DNA from: a virus
Taxonomy: Duplodnaviria > Caudoviricetes
Strand: one strand, 5' to 3'
IMG/VR virus record: IMGVR_UViG_3300027808_002535
Coordinates: 1-64,000 of that record
Length of the DNA stretch: 64,000 nt
Position 1 is the stretch's first letter; the number at the start of each line of letters is the position of its first letter. Below the pieces are notes generated by a model. That model saw nothing but the letters and a program-made list of their open reading frames with translations, did no database searches and had not been told where the DNA came from. Below are positions 36,657-45,104 of this stretch, in pieces. The position numbers and the translations under genes were made by a program.

Positions 36657-36779
36657 AATTGTCTCCTAGAATATGTTTACTTTATTTATCTTTAAATTTA
36701 TTTTTTAGCGTTTTTAATGTCTTTTTCATATCGAGTCGTTAATAACTCGAATATTGACAAACTTTTAACATAATATTCT

Positions 36780-37691
36780 TCATTGACTTATGTTTAATTT
36801 ATTGTTGGTTATAAAATACTCAAGCAGTCTATTGCTTTTTAATACTGCATTAGTTGACCATACTTCAGACGTTGCTACTGGAAGTAATCCCAAGTTAAAC
36901 GCGGATTCCCTAAATGACTTGTTTGCAAAAACTTTATTTAAATCATCGACAATTTTTTTCTTATTGGTGCCGGACATCGTTTTTGCAACGACTAAACAAA
37001 TATAGCTTTGATACGGATATGATTCTTTAAATTGTGTGTCCCATGTCGGGATTCCTTTAATTCTAATATCATGACTGCTCAATAAGATATTAATTCTGTT
37101 ATCGCCAATAAAGCCTTTTATGGCGGCCAAATTTGCAAACGAACAATCAACATTTCCTGCCAACACATCAATTACTCCTCTGTTGCCGCCGGCAGCATAT
37201 GGAATAATTAAATGTTTCATCTTTAATTTCGTTAACAAGGATTCGGTTGCAATGTGTTCATTGCTGCCGTAACCGTTAACAGCAAAGCTCAAAGTCTTGC
37301 CGTTGTATTTTACAAAATCATCAATGTTCTTGAATCCTACATTCTTGCCGCAGACAAGAAGATTCGGCATGATTGCCACCGTGGCCAATATTTCTAAATC
37401 TCGTTCTGGATTATATTCCAAGTCTTTAAAAATCATTGGATTAGTTACATATATCTGTGACATTGTGGCGGTAATGACACTTTCGCCTTTGAGTACTTGT
37501 TTCATTGCAATCCTACCCTGAGCACCGGGTCGATTTTGAACAACATAGTTATTAGGTAAATCTTTGGCAATAAATCTGGTAATAGCATCACTCGGACCGC
37601 CAGGTGCATGATGAACGGTTAACTCTATGTTGTTTGCCATTGCCTGCGTTAGACTCAATAGCAAACTTAATGCAGTGATTAATTTTTTCAT
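36780..37691 (-). CDS. Bug/TctC tripartite tricarboxylate transporter substrate-binding protein
   Basis: Signal peptide; PGGPSD..R, VVQNRPGAQG.IA, HLIIPY..G, DVLAGNVD. Confidence 0.85.
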   Translation of the reverse strand: MKKLITALSLLLSLTQAMANNIELTVHHAPGGPSDAITRFIAKDLPNNYVVQNRPGAQGRIAMKQVLKGESVITATMSQIYVTNPMIFKDLEYNPERDLEILATVAIMPNLLVCGKNVGFKNIDDFVKYNGKTLSFAVNGYGSNEHIATESLLTKLKMKHLIIPYAAGGNRGVIDVLAGNVDCSFANLAAIKGFIGDNRINILLSSHDIRIKGIPTWDTQFKESYPYQSYICLVVAKTMSGTNKKKIVDDLNKVFANKSFRESAFNLGLLPVATSEVWSTNAVLKSNRLLEYFITNNKLNISQ

Positions 37692-37772
37692 TTCTATTAG
37701 ATTTGTGTTTATAAATGGAAACAAGCAGTTTCCCACACAATCATATTTATAGACCAGAGCCTTATTATACCG

Positions 37773-38687
37773 TCAATTTTTAATCAATCTAGTTACAATT
37801 TCCTTCCAATATTGTCTTTCATTAATATACCAATCGTTGTATTTTGCTACTGAAAGAGTAGTTGGTGTAATTAAATCCTTTTGATATGCTTCTAATGCTT
37901 TGCTACTAACTGTAGACTTTGCTAAAATTTTATTAATTTCGTTATATTTGTCAACGGGCATTTCGTTAGATGCAAATACAGCATAATTAGCCACTAACTT
38001 ATCAACTCCAGATATGCCTTGTTTAGTCAGGAGTAGTCCTTTGAACTCTTCTAAATCTCGAACACCGGTATATCCAATTACTGAAACTTCTTTAGCATCA
38101 ATAATGGGTTTAGCATCTATGACAAAGGTTACTGCGGCATCTACATGCCCGCCTGCAGCCGCTATTGTAGCATCGACCATACCTTTAAAATTTACAATGA
38201 CTAAGTTAGGATTCTTTTCTTTAAGAATTCTAGCTAAAATATCAGATATGCCGCCTATGCCACTAATACCAATACTTGGATTGGGTTGCTGAAGTAACTC
38301 GTTTATATTTTTATATTTTTTACTAACTACAGCCAAAGGGGCGCCACCGCCTTGCACTAATACTGGCTTAAATTTATCTAAGTCATGGATACCTGTCGTT
38401 TCTGCTGACGGTCTAATAAAGAAACTAGAACTCATCCCCACTACGGTATTATTCGGATTCTGTAACACATGATTGGCAGCAATGCTGCCGCCGGCCCCTG
38501 ATTTAGATTCGATAATGAAATTGTATTTTGATTGAGACTTATTAGCATCTTCTGCGATGTGTCTTAATGTTAGTGCTTGATTTGAGGAAATGTTAAATCC
38601 CCATAGTATAGAAATAGTTTCGGCTGCTGATGCCGCTGCCGCAGTTGCTAATGTGGCAATTGCCACGATTGTTTTAAATGTTTTCAT
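37773..38687 (-). CDS. Bug/TctC-like substrate-binding protein (divergent paralogue)
   Basis: Signal peptide; IESKSGAGGSIAA, VNFKG..DA..AAAGGHVD. Confidence 0.78.
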   Translation of the reverse strand: MKTFKTIVAIATLATAAAASAAETISILWGFNISSNQALTLRHIAEDANKSQSKYNFIIESKSGAGGSIAANHVLQNPNNTVVGMSSSFFIRPSAETTGIHDLDKFKPVLVQGGGAPLAVVSKKYKNINELLQQPNPSIGISGIGGISDILARILKEKNPNLVIVNFKGMVDATIAAAGGHVDAAVTFVIDAKPIIDAKEVSVIGYTGVRDLEEFKGLLLTKQGISGVDKLVANYAVFASNEMPVDKYNEINKILAKSTVSSKALEAYQKDLITPTTLSVAKYNDWYINERQYWKEIVTRLIKN

Positions 38688-39834
38688 TCATGTTTCCTAT
38701 TAAATATTTATTTGAAAAAGTTGTGAGGCCGCTAACTACTCCATCACGCTTGCCTGTCACAACATAGTTTTTTGCATTCTCTGCAACATAATTTATTCCT
38801 TCTTGCCATATTTTAAACTCAGGAGTGTCGTTGTATAGTGAAGAAAACCAGTCATCAAATTCATTGTTCCAATCTTTTGTAGACTTATCTGCTTGATACC
38901 AGGAATCATTCCACGTTGTGTATATAATTTTTCTATACATCCTTTCGTGTATCAGTCGGTGTTTTGTAAACAAATCTATCAAATCAACAGGGCTCCATAG
39001 TGGTTGATATTGGGGATATACTCTTAACCATTTTTTAATAACATGCGCCTGCTTGCACAATATTGGCAATGCGCTTGGTGCCCAATAAAAATACTCAACT
39101 GTAGCGTTATCATATTCAATCAAATGGTCGCTTGCACTGGCAATATTAGCACTCTTATCGCTGAATAGTATATAGAATTTATTCTTTTCTATGTAAGTTC
39201 TAGGCTTTTCTATTCCTAATATTACACATATACTCTTACTACGATCGAATTGATTTCTTACTTCTTTAAAATATGTGTAATTGTAACGAGTTGCACCACT
39301 AACATTTAATGGCTCACGACTAGTTTCTACCCATGACGCATTTCCTGCTTTTCTCAAAGTATCAAAAACGTTATCGCTTAAATCTAATACAGTAATTTTA
39401 GTTTTAGGACTTTGATCTTTTATATATTGTAACCTGCCGATAGTTTGTAATTCAAATTCTGCGCTTGCATTCCAACTTCCTCGAATACTAGTATCTAATA
39501 CAGTTAAGCGATTAGCTTTGGACATGTGATTAACAACTACCTCATCAATTAACAGTCCTTGCCGCAAAAATGATTCTAATATGTTGTGACTATCGCTACC
39601 TGCACTATAGCTTAAAATAACATAATCGTATTTCTCACGAATTTCCCTGGATCGTCGGTCATACAGTTGATCCAGTGTTTCTTCCGGCTCTATAGTCCAA
39701 TCAAATCTGTTAAATTCTTCGTTATTAAAATGCCAATTTAATGGTTTATTTACTTGGGAAGCATATACACATGCTTTAATCTTAGAATCAAATTCTAAAT
39801 TGTTACACGAATAATATCCTAGTGTCTTGTTCAT
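38674..39834 (-). CDS. PP-loop ATP pyrophosphatase-like protein
   Basis: YDYVILSYSAGSDSHN; G.EKP; EYFYW. Confidence 0.7.
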   Translation of the reverse strand: MNKTLGYYSCNNLEFDSKIKACVYASQVNKPLNWHFNNEEFNRFDWTIEPEETLDQLYDRRSREIREKYDYVILSYSAGSDSHNILESFLRQGLLIDEVVVNHMSKANRLTVLDTSIRGSWNASAEFELQTIGRLQYIKDQSPKTKITVLDLSDNVFDTLRKAGNASWVETSREPLNVSGATRYNYTYFKEVRNQFDRSKSICVILGIEKPRTYIEKNKFYILFSDKSANIASASDHLIEYDNATVEYFYWAPSALPILCKQAHVIKKWLRVYPQYQPLWSPVDLIDLFTKHRLIHERMYRKIIYTTWNDSWYQADKSTKDWNNEFDDWFSSLYNDTPEFKIWQEGINYVAENAKNYVVTGKRDGVVSGLTTFSNKYLIGNMNENI

Positions 39835-39880
39835 CTGTAGTTAAATTTCCTATATAGTATTTTTTGACAGAGTTAGGCAT

Positions 39881-41047
39881 CTATTCTGGCAACAATCCAG
39901 GAAGTAGGCCGGCGTCATAATATTTTCTAAATCGTTTTAATCCATCCCCGCTTTCAAGAACATGGTTCGATAATTTGGAACTTACATAATCCACACCTTC
40001 TTGCCAAACATTAACTGCTTTTGAATTAGAGTATCCATCTTTAAACCAAATATCAAATTCACTGTACCAATCAGACGTTGATTTATCTGCTTGCCAGTAA
40101 GATGCATCCCATGTGCTGTACAATAAACTTCTCAATATTGGTTCATGAATTAGCCTCGAGACTTGATATGTATTATTTTCTAGATGCCAAAATTTTTGCA
40201 TCTCTGGATTGGCGCCTAGATATTTTTTAATGACATGGCATTGCTTAATCAATAAAGGCACACAATTTGGACTCCAGTAAAAAAATTCAGCTGTACTGTT
40301 ATTATAATCTGTTAAATGTTCTGAAACAGTTTGTTGATTTGCCGACCTGTCAATGAAATTCATTATCACATGATCTTTATAAGGACCTTTTGTGGGAATT
40401 ATTATTTTAGGTTTTTCGACACCTATAATCATACACACGCTTTTTTCTTTGTCAAATCTTTTACGGACTTCAGTGAGATACAAATAGTTAAATCGTGTTG
40501 CACCGGCTGGGTTCAGTCCTTCCCTTTTACTAAGAATCCAACTAGCATCTCCGGTGTTCTCCATTAATCCAAAGAGATGGTCACTCATGTCTGCCAAGGT
40601 AATTTTTGTTTTGGGTATTTTAGGTGAAATCTCTTTTAATCTAGGCAGGGTCTGCAGATAATGTTCAGCATTGGCATTCTTCGCGTCTTTATTTGCTGGA
40701 TTTAAATCGACGAATTTTCCAGCTGCTTTTTCAAAATGGTTAACAAGTATTTCATCAATGTGTAGACCTTGGCGCACAAAGCTCATTAAAATATTGTGAC
40801 TATCGGCGCCGCCGCTGTAACTCAATATAACATAATCGTATTCATTTCTTAATTGTCTTGCTCGACGATTATATAACTCATCTAATGTTTCTTCTGGTTC
40901 TATTTTCCAATTATATGATTTAAAAATTTCATCATTGAACATCCATTCGGCGGGTTCATTTACTTCATTGCTATATAATAATGCTTTTATCTTAGATGAG
41001 AATTCTTGCCCGTTGCATACATAGTATCCTAAATTTTTGTTTATCAT
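39881..41047 (-). CDS. PP-loop ATP pyrophosphatase-like protein (tandem paralogue)
   Basis: YDYVILSYSGGADSHN; colinear similarity to 38674-39834. Confidence 0.7.
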   Translation of the reverse strand: MINKNLGYYVCNGQEFSSKIKALLYSNEVNEPAEWMFNDEIFKSYNWKIEPEETLDELYNRRARQLRNEYDYVILSYSGGADSHNILMSFVRQGLHIDEILVNHFEKAAGKFVDLNPANKDAKNANAEHYLQTLPRLKEISPKIPKTKITLADMSDHLFGLMENTGDASWILSKREGLNPAGATRFNYLYLTEVRKRFDKEKSVCMIIGVEKPKIIIPTKGPYKDHVIMNFIDRSANQQTVSEHLTDYNNSTAEFFYWSPNCVPLLIKQCHVIKKYLGANPEMQKFWHLENNTYQVSRLIHEPILRSLLYSTWDASYWQADKSTSDWYSEFDIWFKDGYSNSKAVNVWQEGVDYVSSKLSNHVLESGDGLKRFRKYYDAGLLPGLLPE

Positions 41048-41130
41048 TGACAGTACTTGGTAAATAATCTTATAATTTATTTAGTAAGCAAAAATGAAAT
41101 TTGTATTTAAAAATATTGTTAAATACTACT

Positions 41131-41856
41131 ATGAACAAACAACAGCTCAATGAACTGTTTTGTGGTATTGGCTACAAGGTTTTCAAAGATATAGTAGATC
41201 CTACTATTATCGATAACATTAATAAAAAAACTGAATTGCTAGTTCCGCATCGTGGCCATGCCATGGACCACAAGTATTACCCTGCTGATAAAGTAGCAGA
41301 ATGTAAAGACTTGGCTGTTTGGTGGAGCCAAGAACTAAGCGGGTGGCCAGAGGTTCAAGAAGTTACTCGTCGACTTATCAATACCGTCGGGATACTTTTT
41401 GACAAACCCGATTCATATATTGCAGACATTATTACCAATGAACCAGGTAATACACATATTAAACCGCATATAGACAGTCCATATCGTTTTCCCAAATGGT
41501 GGAACGAAAATGAATTATTAGGTGTACAATGTATTCTACCACTGTGCGAATTTACATCAAAGAATGGTGGTACCGGCTTATTGCCAAACAGTCATAATAC
41601 TCGCTGGGTGGTCAAAGACAGCTATGCTGGAAAATACAATGAAGAGTTTTTGGCAGGAGTCGAACAACCCAAAATGTCGACGGGTGACGCACTAATTTAC
41701 CATCCTCGCACACTTCACAGCACAATGCCAAATAACACTGATGTTCCACGCAGAGCATTACTTGTTCATATCACAAGTAAAGAAATGGCGAGACTATTAC
41801 AAGCAGAAGATACAATTTGGCAAGAAGAATTAAAAAAGATGTCAACGAAATACTGA
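41131..41856 (+). CDS. Phytanoyl-CoA dioxygenase-like 2OG-Fe(II) oxygenase
   Basis: PHID, NGGT.LLPNSH, GDALIY..RTLHS..PN.TD..RRA. Confidence 0.88.
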   Translation: MNKQQLNELFCGIGYKVFKDIVDPTIIDNINKKTELLVPHRGHAMDHKYYPADKVAECKDLAVWWSQELSGWPEVQEVTRRLINTVGILFDKPDSYIADIITNEPGNTHIKPHIDSPYRFPKWWNENELLGVQCILPLCEFTSKNGGTGLLPNSHNTRWVVKDSYAGKYNEEFLAGVEQPKMSTGDALIYHPRTLHSTMPNNTDVPRRALLVHITSKEMARLLQAEDTIWQEELKKMSTKY

Positions 41857-41924
41857 GCTGCCGCGTTATATATATGTAGGGACAAAAATGTCGCCACAAT
41901 TCATTAACCAAAAGGAAACTTAAA

Positions 41925-42212
41925 ATGAAAAATCTTATCGCTACTCTAATCGTTGCATTTGCCGCAACATCCGCTTTTGCACAAGCACCTGCCAAGACAG
42001 AAGAAGTTAAGAAGCCTGCTGCCGCAGTTGCCGCTCCTGCTACACCTAAGGAAATGCCCAAGGTTGACAAGCCAAAGACAAAAGCTGATAAAGCAGCCGA
42101 AGCAAAGGCAGGTAAGCCAGCCGACACTAAAAGTGCTACACCTGCATCAGCACCTGCTGTCAAAGCAGACGAAAAGGCTCCTGCAAAGCCTGCCGCAACT
42201 CCAGCCAAGTAA
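41925..42212 (+). CDS. Secreted Ala/Lys/Pro-rich low-complexity protein
   Basis: Signal peptide MKNLIATLIVAFAATSAFA followed by an A/K/P-rich region; SD AAGGA. Confidence 0.75.
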   Translation: MKNLIATLIVAFAATSAFAQAPAKTEEVKKPAAAVAAPATPKEMPKVDKPKTKADKAAEAKAGKPADTKSATPASAPAVKADEKAPAKPAATPAK

Positions 42213-42372
42213 TTTTGAGCTAGATGGCGGATGCTACAACTTTGAAAGTGAAGTAGAATTTCATCGTGGCTATCATAGACCCAGACTTGTCGACATAGAC
42301 GATGATGAAGTCAGTGATTATGTAGCAACAAGGTTGGCGCTGGCCCGTGAAAAGGCCATGCAAGCATACAGA

Positions 42373-42400
42373 GAAAAATGGGCTTAATTGCCCATTTTTC
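42373..42400 (+). terminator. Hairpin terminator (possibly bidirectional)
   Basis: GAAAAATGGGC-TTAATT-GCCCATTTTTC. Confidence 0.7.
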
Positions 42401-42405
42401 ATTTG

Positions 42406-42434
42406 TTGACATAAATTGATTTTGAGTGTATAAT
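42406..42434 (+). promoter_or_regulatory. Early promoter repeat
   Basis: TTGACATAAATTGATTTTGAGTG-TATAAT (17 bp spacer). Confidence 0.85.
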
Positions 42435-42440
42435 CACGTT

Positions 42441-42674
42441 ATGAACAAAGAAAAAGTAAACAATATCTTACAATGGACGGGTACATTTTTCATCCTTGCG
42501 ATGTATGTGCTGATGAACTTCTTTAGAGAATTGGGATTAGATCCTGTGTGCGGATTACTAGGTGGACTATGCTTTGCCGCTTGGGCATATCGTACAGTAA
42601 ATAAACCACAGATGTTGGTCAATGTCGTAGCCATTTCTGTATGCGTAATCGGTTTAGTCAAAGCCTTTAATTGA
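42441..42674 (+). CDS. Small membrane protein
   Basis: Three hydrophobic segments; ATG 6 nt after the -10 box, so possibly leaderless. Confidence 0.65.
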   Translation: MNKEKVNNILQWTGTFFILAMYVLMNFFRELGLDPVCGLLGGLCFAAWAYRTVNKPQMLVNVVAISVCVIGLVKAFN

Positions 42675-42699
42675 CACAAATTGGTTTTGGTTGTATAAT
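42671..42699 (+). promoter_or_regulatory. Early promoter repeat
   Basis: TTGACACAAATTGGTTTTGGTTG-TATAAT. Confidence 0.9.
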
Positions 42700-42729
42700 A
42701 AACACATCAACAGCAAAAAGGAGCCCCAA

Positions 42730-43011
42730 ATGAAACAAGACTACACCATGTACATCTACAAAAAAGATCGTCGTGCTAAAACAGGTGAGCGCCTGATTAG
42801 CACCACAGTGTGGCGAGACCGCGACGAAGCAGGCATGCGCCGTGAGTGCAATGAACTCTACAACCTTTACCCTGCAACCCGGGGCTGGAGGTTTGAATGC
42901 CACCCCACAATGAAGACAGTGAAGAATTTGATGACTGGTGCGGATGTGCAGATTGACCGGGACACTCCTTGGGCTTGCAATCCTGCCAGCGAAACGTATT
43001 GGTCAATGTAA
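42730..43011 (+). CDS. Hypothetical early protein
   Basis: SD AAGGAG; C-terminal VKNLMTG..DTPWACNPASETYWSM. Confidence 0.75.
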   Translation: MKQDYTMYIYKKDRRAKTGERLISTTVWRDRDEAGMRRECNELYNLYPATRGWRFECHPTMKTVKNLMTGADVQIDRDTPWACNPASETYWSM

Positions 43012-43049
43012 TTGACACAAATTGGTTTTGGCAGTATAATACATTATCG
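43009..43049 (+). promoter_or_regulatory. Early promoter repeat (41 bp identical to 43408-43448)
   Basis: TAATTGACACAAATTGGTTTTGGCAGTATAATACATTATCG. Confidence 0.92.
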
Positions 43050-43071
43050 TTAAACAAAACAGGAGTTCAAA

Positions 43072-43410
43072 ATGTCAGTAGATCTTAAAGAGTTAGTTGA
43101 AGCCGCTGTTTCACAAGGCCGAGTTGAAGCTCGTCGTAAGACGGAACAATTTCTGGCTAAACATGGTGATCGTGATGCCTGCGGTTTTGCTTGGGTTACT
43201 GTATTTGAAAAAGGTTCAACCAAATTGGGCAAGGCGCTGATAGCCAACGGATTTAGTAAATCTTACAGCGGTGGTCTCCAACTTTGGGATCCAAGTCAGT
43301 CTTTTACACAAAGCATTTCTGCCAAAGAAGCAGGTGCAGAAGCATTCGTAGCAGTGATGAAAAATACTTTCCCAGCCATGCAAGTTTATGCTGGTTCACG
43401 AATGGACTAA
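43072..43410 (+). CDS. Hypothetical early protein
   Basis: SD AGGAG; ACGFAWV..QS...KE.GA.AF..Y.GSRMD. Confidence 0.75.
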   Translation: MSVDLKELVEAAVSQGRVEARRKTEQFLAKHGDRDACGFAWVTVFEKGSTKLGKALIANGFSKSYSGGLQLWDPSQSFTQSISAKEAGAEAFVAVMKNTFPAMQVYAGSRMD

Positions 43411-43448
43411 TTGACACAAATTGGTTTTGGCAGTATAATACATTATCG
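43408..43448 (+). promoter_or_regulatory. Early promoter repeat
   Basis: Identical to 43009-43049. Confidence 0.92.
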
Positions 43449-43463
43449 CAACAAGGAGTTAAC

Positions 43464-43724
43464 ATGAAAGCACTTCAAAAATTTATCGACCAGAAGAATC
43501 ATTGGAACGCTATCTTCAAAGGTCCTCAATACGAAATCACTACTGCCGCTGGCCGCCAAAAAGTAGCAGATATGATTGATTCCGCTCTTAGCCCAGAGAA
43601 CTTGACCTGCGATGGTGAACTACCACGCACAGAAGTTAACCGTCGTTGGAAAGAATTGAATTCTGCCGCAAAACAACTTCGCCAGTTGGATCCCAATGTT
43701 AAGTTTTACGAATACGATTATTAA
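43464..43724 (+). CDS. Hypothetical early protein
   Basis: SD AAGGAG; LSPENLTCDGEL motif. Confidence 0.75.
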   Translation: MKALQKFIDQKNHWNAIFKGPQYEITTAAGRQKVADMIDSALSPENLTCDGELPRTEVNRRWKELNSAAKQLRQLDPNVKFYEYDY

Positions 43725-43733
43725 GGAAAAATT

Positions 43734-43892
43734 ATGAGTAGAATGTCAGAACTTACATTTGATATACAAGATATGCTAGAAGCTGGTTATTTGCCAGTGA
43801 CTATTGCTCGCCAACTTGAAATTCCTATTACTTGGGTCTTTGAGGAAATCGAACAAGAAGAACTAAGCCCATTTGAAACAATTAATTCTTAA
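43734..43892 (+). CDS. Small HTH-like hypothetical protein (52 aa, not in the ORF track)
   Basis: MSRMSELTFDIQDMLEAGYLPVTIARQLEIPITWV..; SD AAGGA. Confidence 0.6.
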   Translation: MSRMSELTFDIQDMLEAGYLPVTIARQLEIPITWVFEEIEQEELSPFETINS

Positions 43893-43897
43893 ACATC

Positions 43898-44131
43898 ATG
43901 AACAAATTTGATAAAGAAAATTTAGAATTTTTTATGCAATCTGACAAGGACACTATTCGAGATTGGTGCGAATGGGCTGATCAAGTTAACATGGCGTATG
44001 CTATGAAACTGATCCAAACTGAACTTTCTCGATTGGCTGTACACTCTTTGACACTGGACGATGACGTTGCTCACACTGATGACGCAGACCGTGCCATCCT
44101 AGAGATGCTAGAGAAATTTGACACAAAATAA
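43898..44131 (+). CDS. Hypothetical protein
   Basis: 77 aa ORF. Confidence 0.6.
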   Translation: MNKFDKENLEFFMQSDKDTIRDWCEWADQVNMAYAMKLIQTELSRLAVHSLTLDDDVAHTDDADRAILEMLEKFDTK

Positions 44132-44146
44132 TTTTGGTGTTATAAT
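44118..44146 (+). promoter_or_regulatory. Early promoter repeat
   Basis: TTGACACAAAATAATTTTGGTGT-TATAAT. Confidence 0.85.
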
Positions 44147-44167
44147 AACACTTTAATGGAGAGAATT

Positions 44168-44326
44168 ATGAAGCGAGAAATCATTACTGCTAAAGTTCCT
44201 AAACAGAAACGCCGTGCTGAGTTCTTGTTTCATAACGGTGCTTATCGCCCGCAGGTCGTTGCTAGCCAAAAAGTTTACAACCGTAAAAAATTGGCAAAAG
44301 TAGTAATTGACACAAAAGGTGATTGA
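44168..44326 (+). CDS. Small basic hypothetical protein (52 aa, not in the ORF track)
   Basis: MKREIITAKVPKQKRRAEFLF..YRPQVV..KVYNRKK; SD GGAG. Confidence 0.6.
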   Translation: MKREIITAKVPKQKRRAEFLFHNGAYRPQVVASQKVYNRKKLAKVVIDTKGD

Positions 44327-44361
44327 GCATACAATAGTGATACGGTGAATGGTTCACCGTA
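44307..44361 (+). promoter_or_regulatory. Early promoter followed by a 5' hairpin
   Basis: TTGACA-N17-TACAAT, then TACGGTGAA-TGG-TTCACCGTA at 44341-44361. Confidence 0.7.
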
Positions 44362-44396
44362 CACATGTTTTTACACACAGAGAAAGAGAATCTAAA

Positions 44397-44654
44397 ATGG
44401 CTACATCTAAAACTTTTACAGTAGTTGGCGTTTCAACACTTAATGGCAAAACTAAAGTTCGTTTTGCCAACGACTTTGCTAGTCGTATTAAGAACTTGGT
44501 CAAGAATGGTCACACTAATGTGGAACTGTTCGAGTTGCCTAGTGCAATGACTAAAGATGCCGCACTGGCGCACGTTAAGGCTAATAGCCTTTTTGCTATC
44601 CCTGCTGACACAGACGTCACAGCGGAAGACCTCGTAGCAGTAGCAGGCAAGTAA
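44397..44654 (+). CDS. Hypothetical protein
   Basis: FTVVGVS..KVRFAND..RIK.L.KNGH..ELP.AMTK. Confidence 0.7.
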   Translation: MATSKTFTVVGVSTLNGKTKVRFANDFASRIKNLVKNGHTNVELFELPSAMTKDAALAHVKANSLFAIPADTDVTAEDLVAVAGK

Positions 44655-44657
44655 TTA

Positions 44658-44692
44658 GGATGGGCACAGAAGTGTGCCCAATCCTTCTTTTT
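44658..44692 (+). terminator. Probable rho-independent terminator
   Basis: GGATGGGCACA-GAAG-TGTGCCCAATCC followed by TTCTTTTT. Confidence 0.65.
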
Positions 44693-44703
44693 AGGAAATC
44701 ATA

Positions 44704-44925
44704 ATGAGCACATTGCAGTTGCATGGTCGCCAATTTATGGTGTTTAATGCTAACAATAAAGAACATCGCAAATGGTTTGCCGACTTTAACGCAAGCCGCA
44801 AATGGGGTAATTGTCCTGTGCGGTTTGTACTTAACGACGCTCACGGTGACTTGATCACACAAATCCAACGAGAACTAATCCAGTTCTATGTTGACAAAGA
44901 ATTTAAAAACGTAGTAAAGAAATAA
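44704..44925 (+). CDS. Hypothetical protein
   Basis: SD AGGA; WG.CPVRF motif. Confidence 0.7.
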   Translation: MSTLQLHGRQFMVFNANNKEHRKWFADFNASRKWGNCPVRFVLNDAHGDLITQIQRELIQFYVDKEFKNVVKK

Positions 44926-44926
44926 A

Positions 44927-45040
44927 ATGACACAACCTGTAACAACACCTAAAGTCGGTGACCAAGTCCGTAGTTCAACTGGCGGCACTATCACATACAC
45001 TAAGACAGGTCTAATCCACACTATGTCAAAGAATCGTTAA
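44927..45040 (+). CDS. Very small hypothetical protein (37 aa)
   Basis: MTQPVTTPKVGDQVRSSTGGTITYTKTGLIHTMSKNR fills the gap exactly up to the next promoter. Confidence 0.5.
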   Translation: MTQPVTTPKVGDQVRSSTGGTITYTKTGLIHTMSKNR

Positions 45041-45069
45041 TTGACATTAAATAGTTTTGACGTTACAAT
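45041..45069 (+). promoter_or_regulatory. Sigma70 promoter with embedded TAAATA
   Basis: TTGACATTAAATAGTTTTGACGT-TACAAT. Confidence 0.75.
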
Positions 45070-45104
45070 AGACACATAGCAAAACATTTATAGGAGTATG
45101 CTAA

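Noticed and set aside
36729-36760. Palindrome TCGAGT-N8-ACTCGA next to a plus-strand TTGACA
   Set aside because: Short stem and no matching -10 box at 17 bp; may be a weak minus-strand terminator but is not supportable.
38674-41047. Diversity-generating retroelement or recent exact duplication behind the paralogous pair
   Set aside because: No reverse transcriptase in the window; divergence is spread over the whole genes rather than being adenine-specific.
41771-42208. 145 aa minus-strand Ala/Gly-rich ORF
   Set aside because: Antisense shadow of the low-complexity secreted protein on the plus strand.
42668-43448. Regularly spaced 30-41 bp repeats resembling a CRISPR array
   Set aside because: Spacers are 300-400 bp and contain ORFs with SD sites; the repeats are TTGACA-N17-TATAAT promoters; no cas genes are present.
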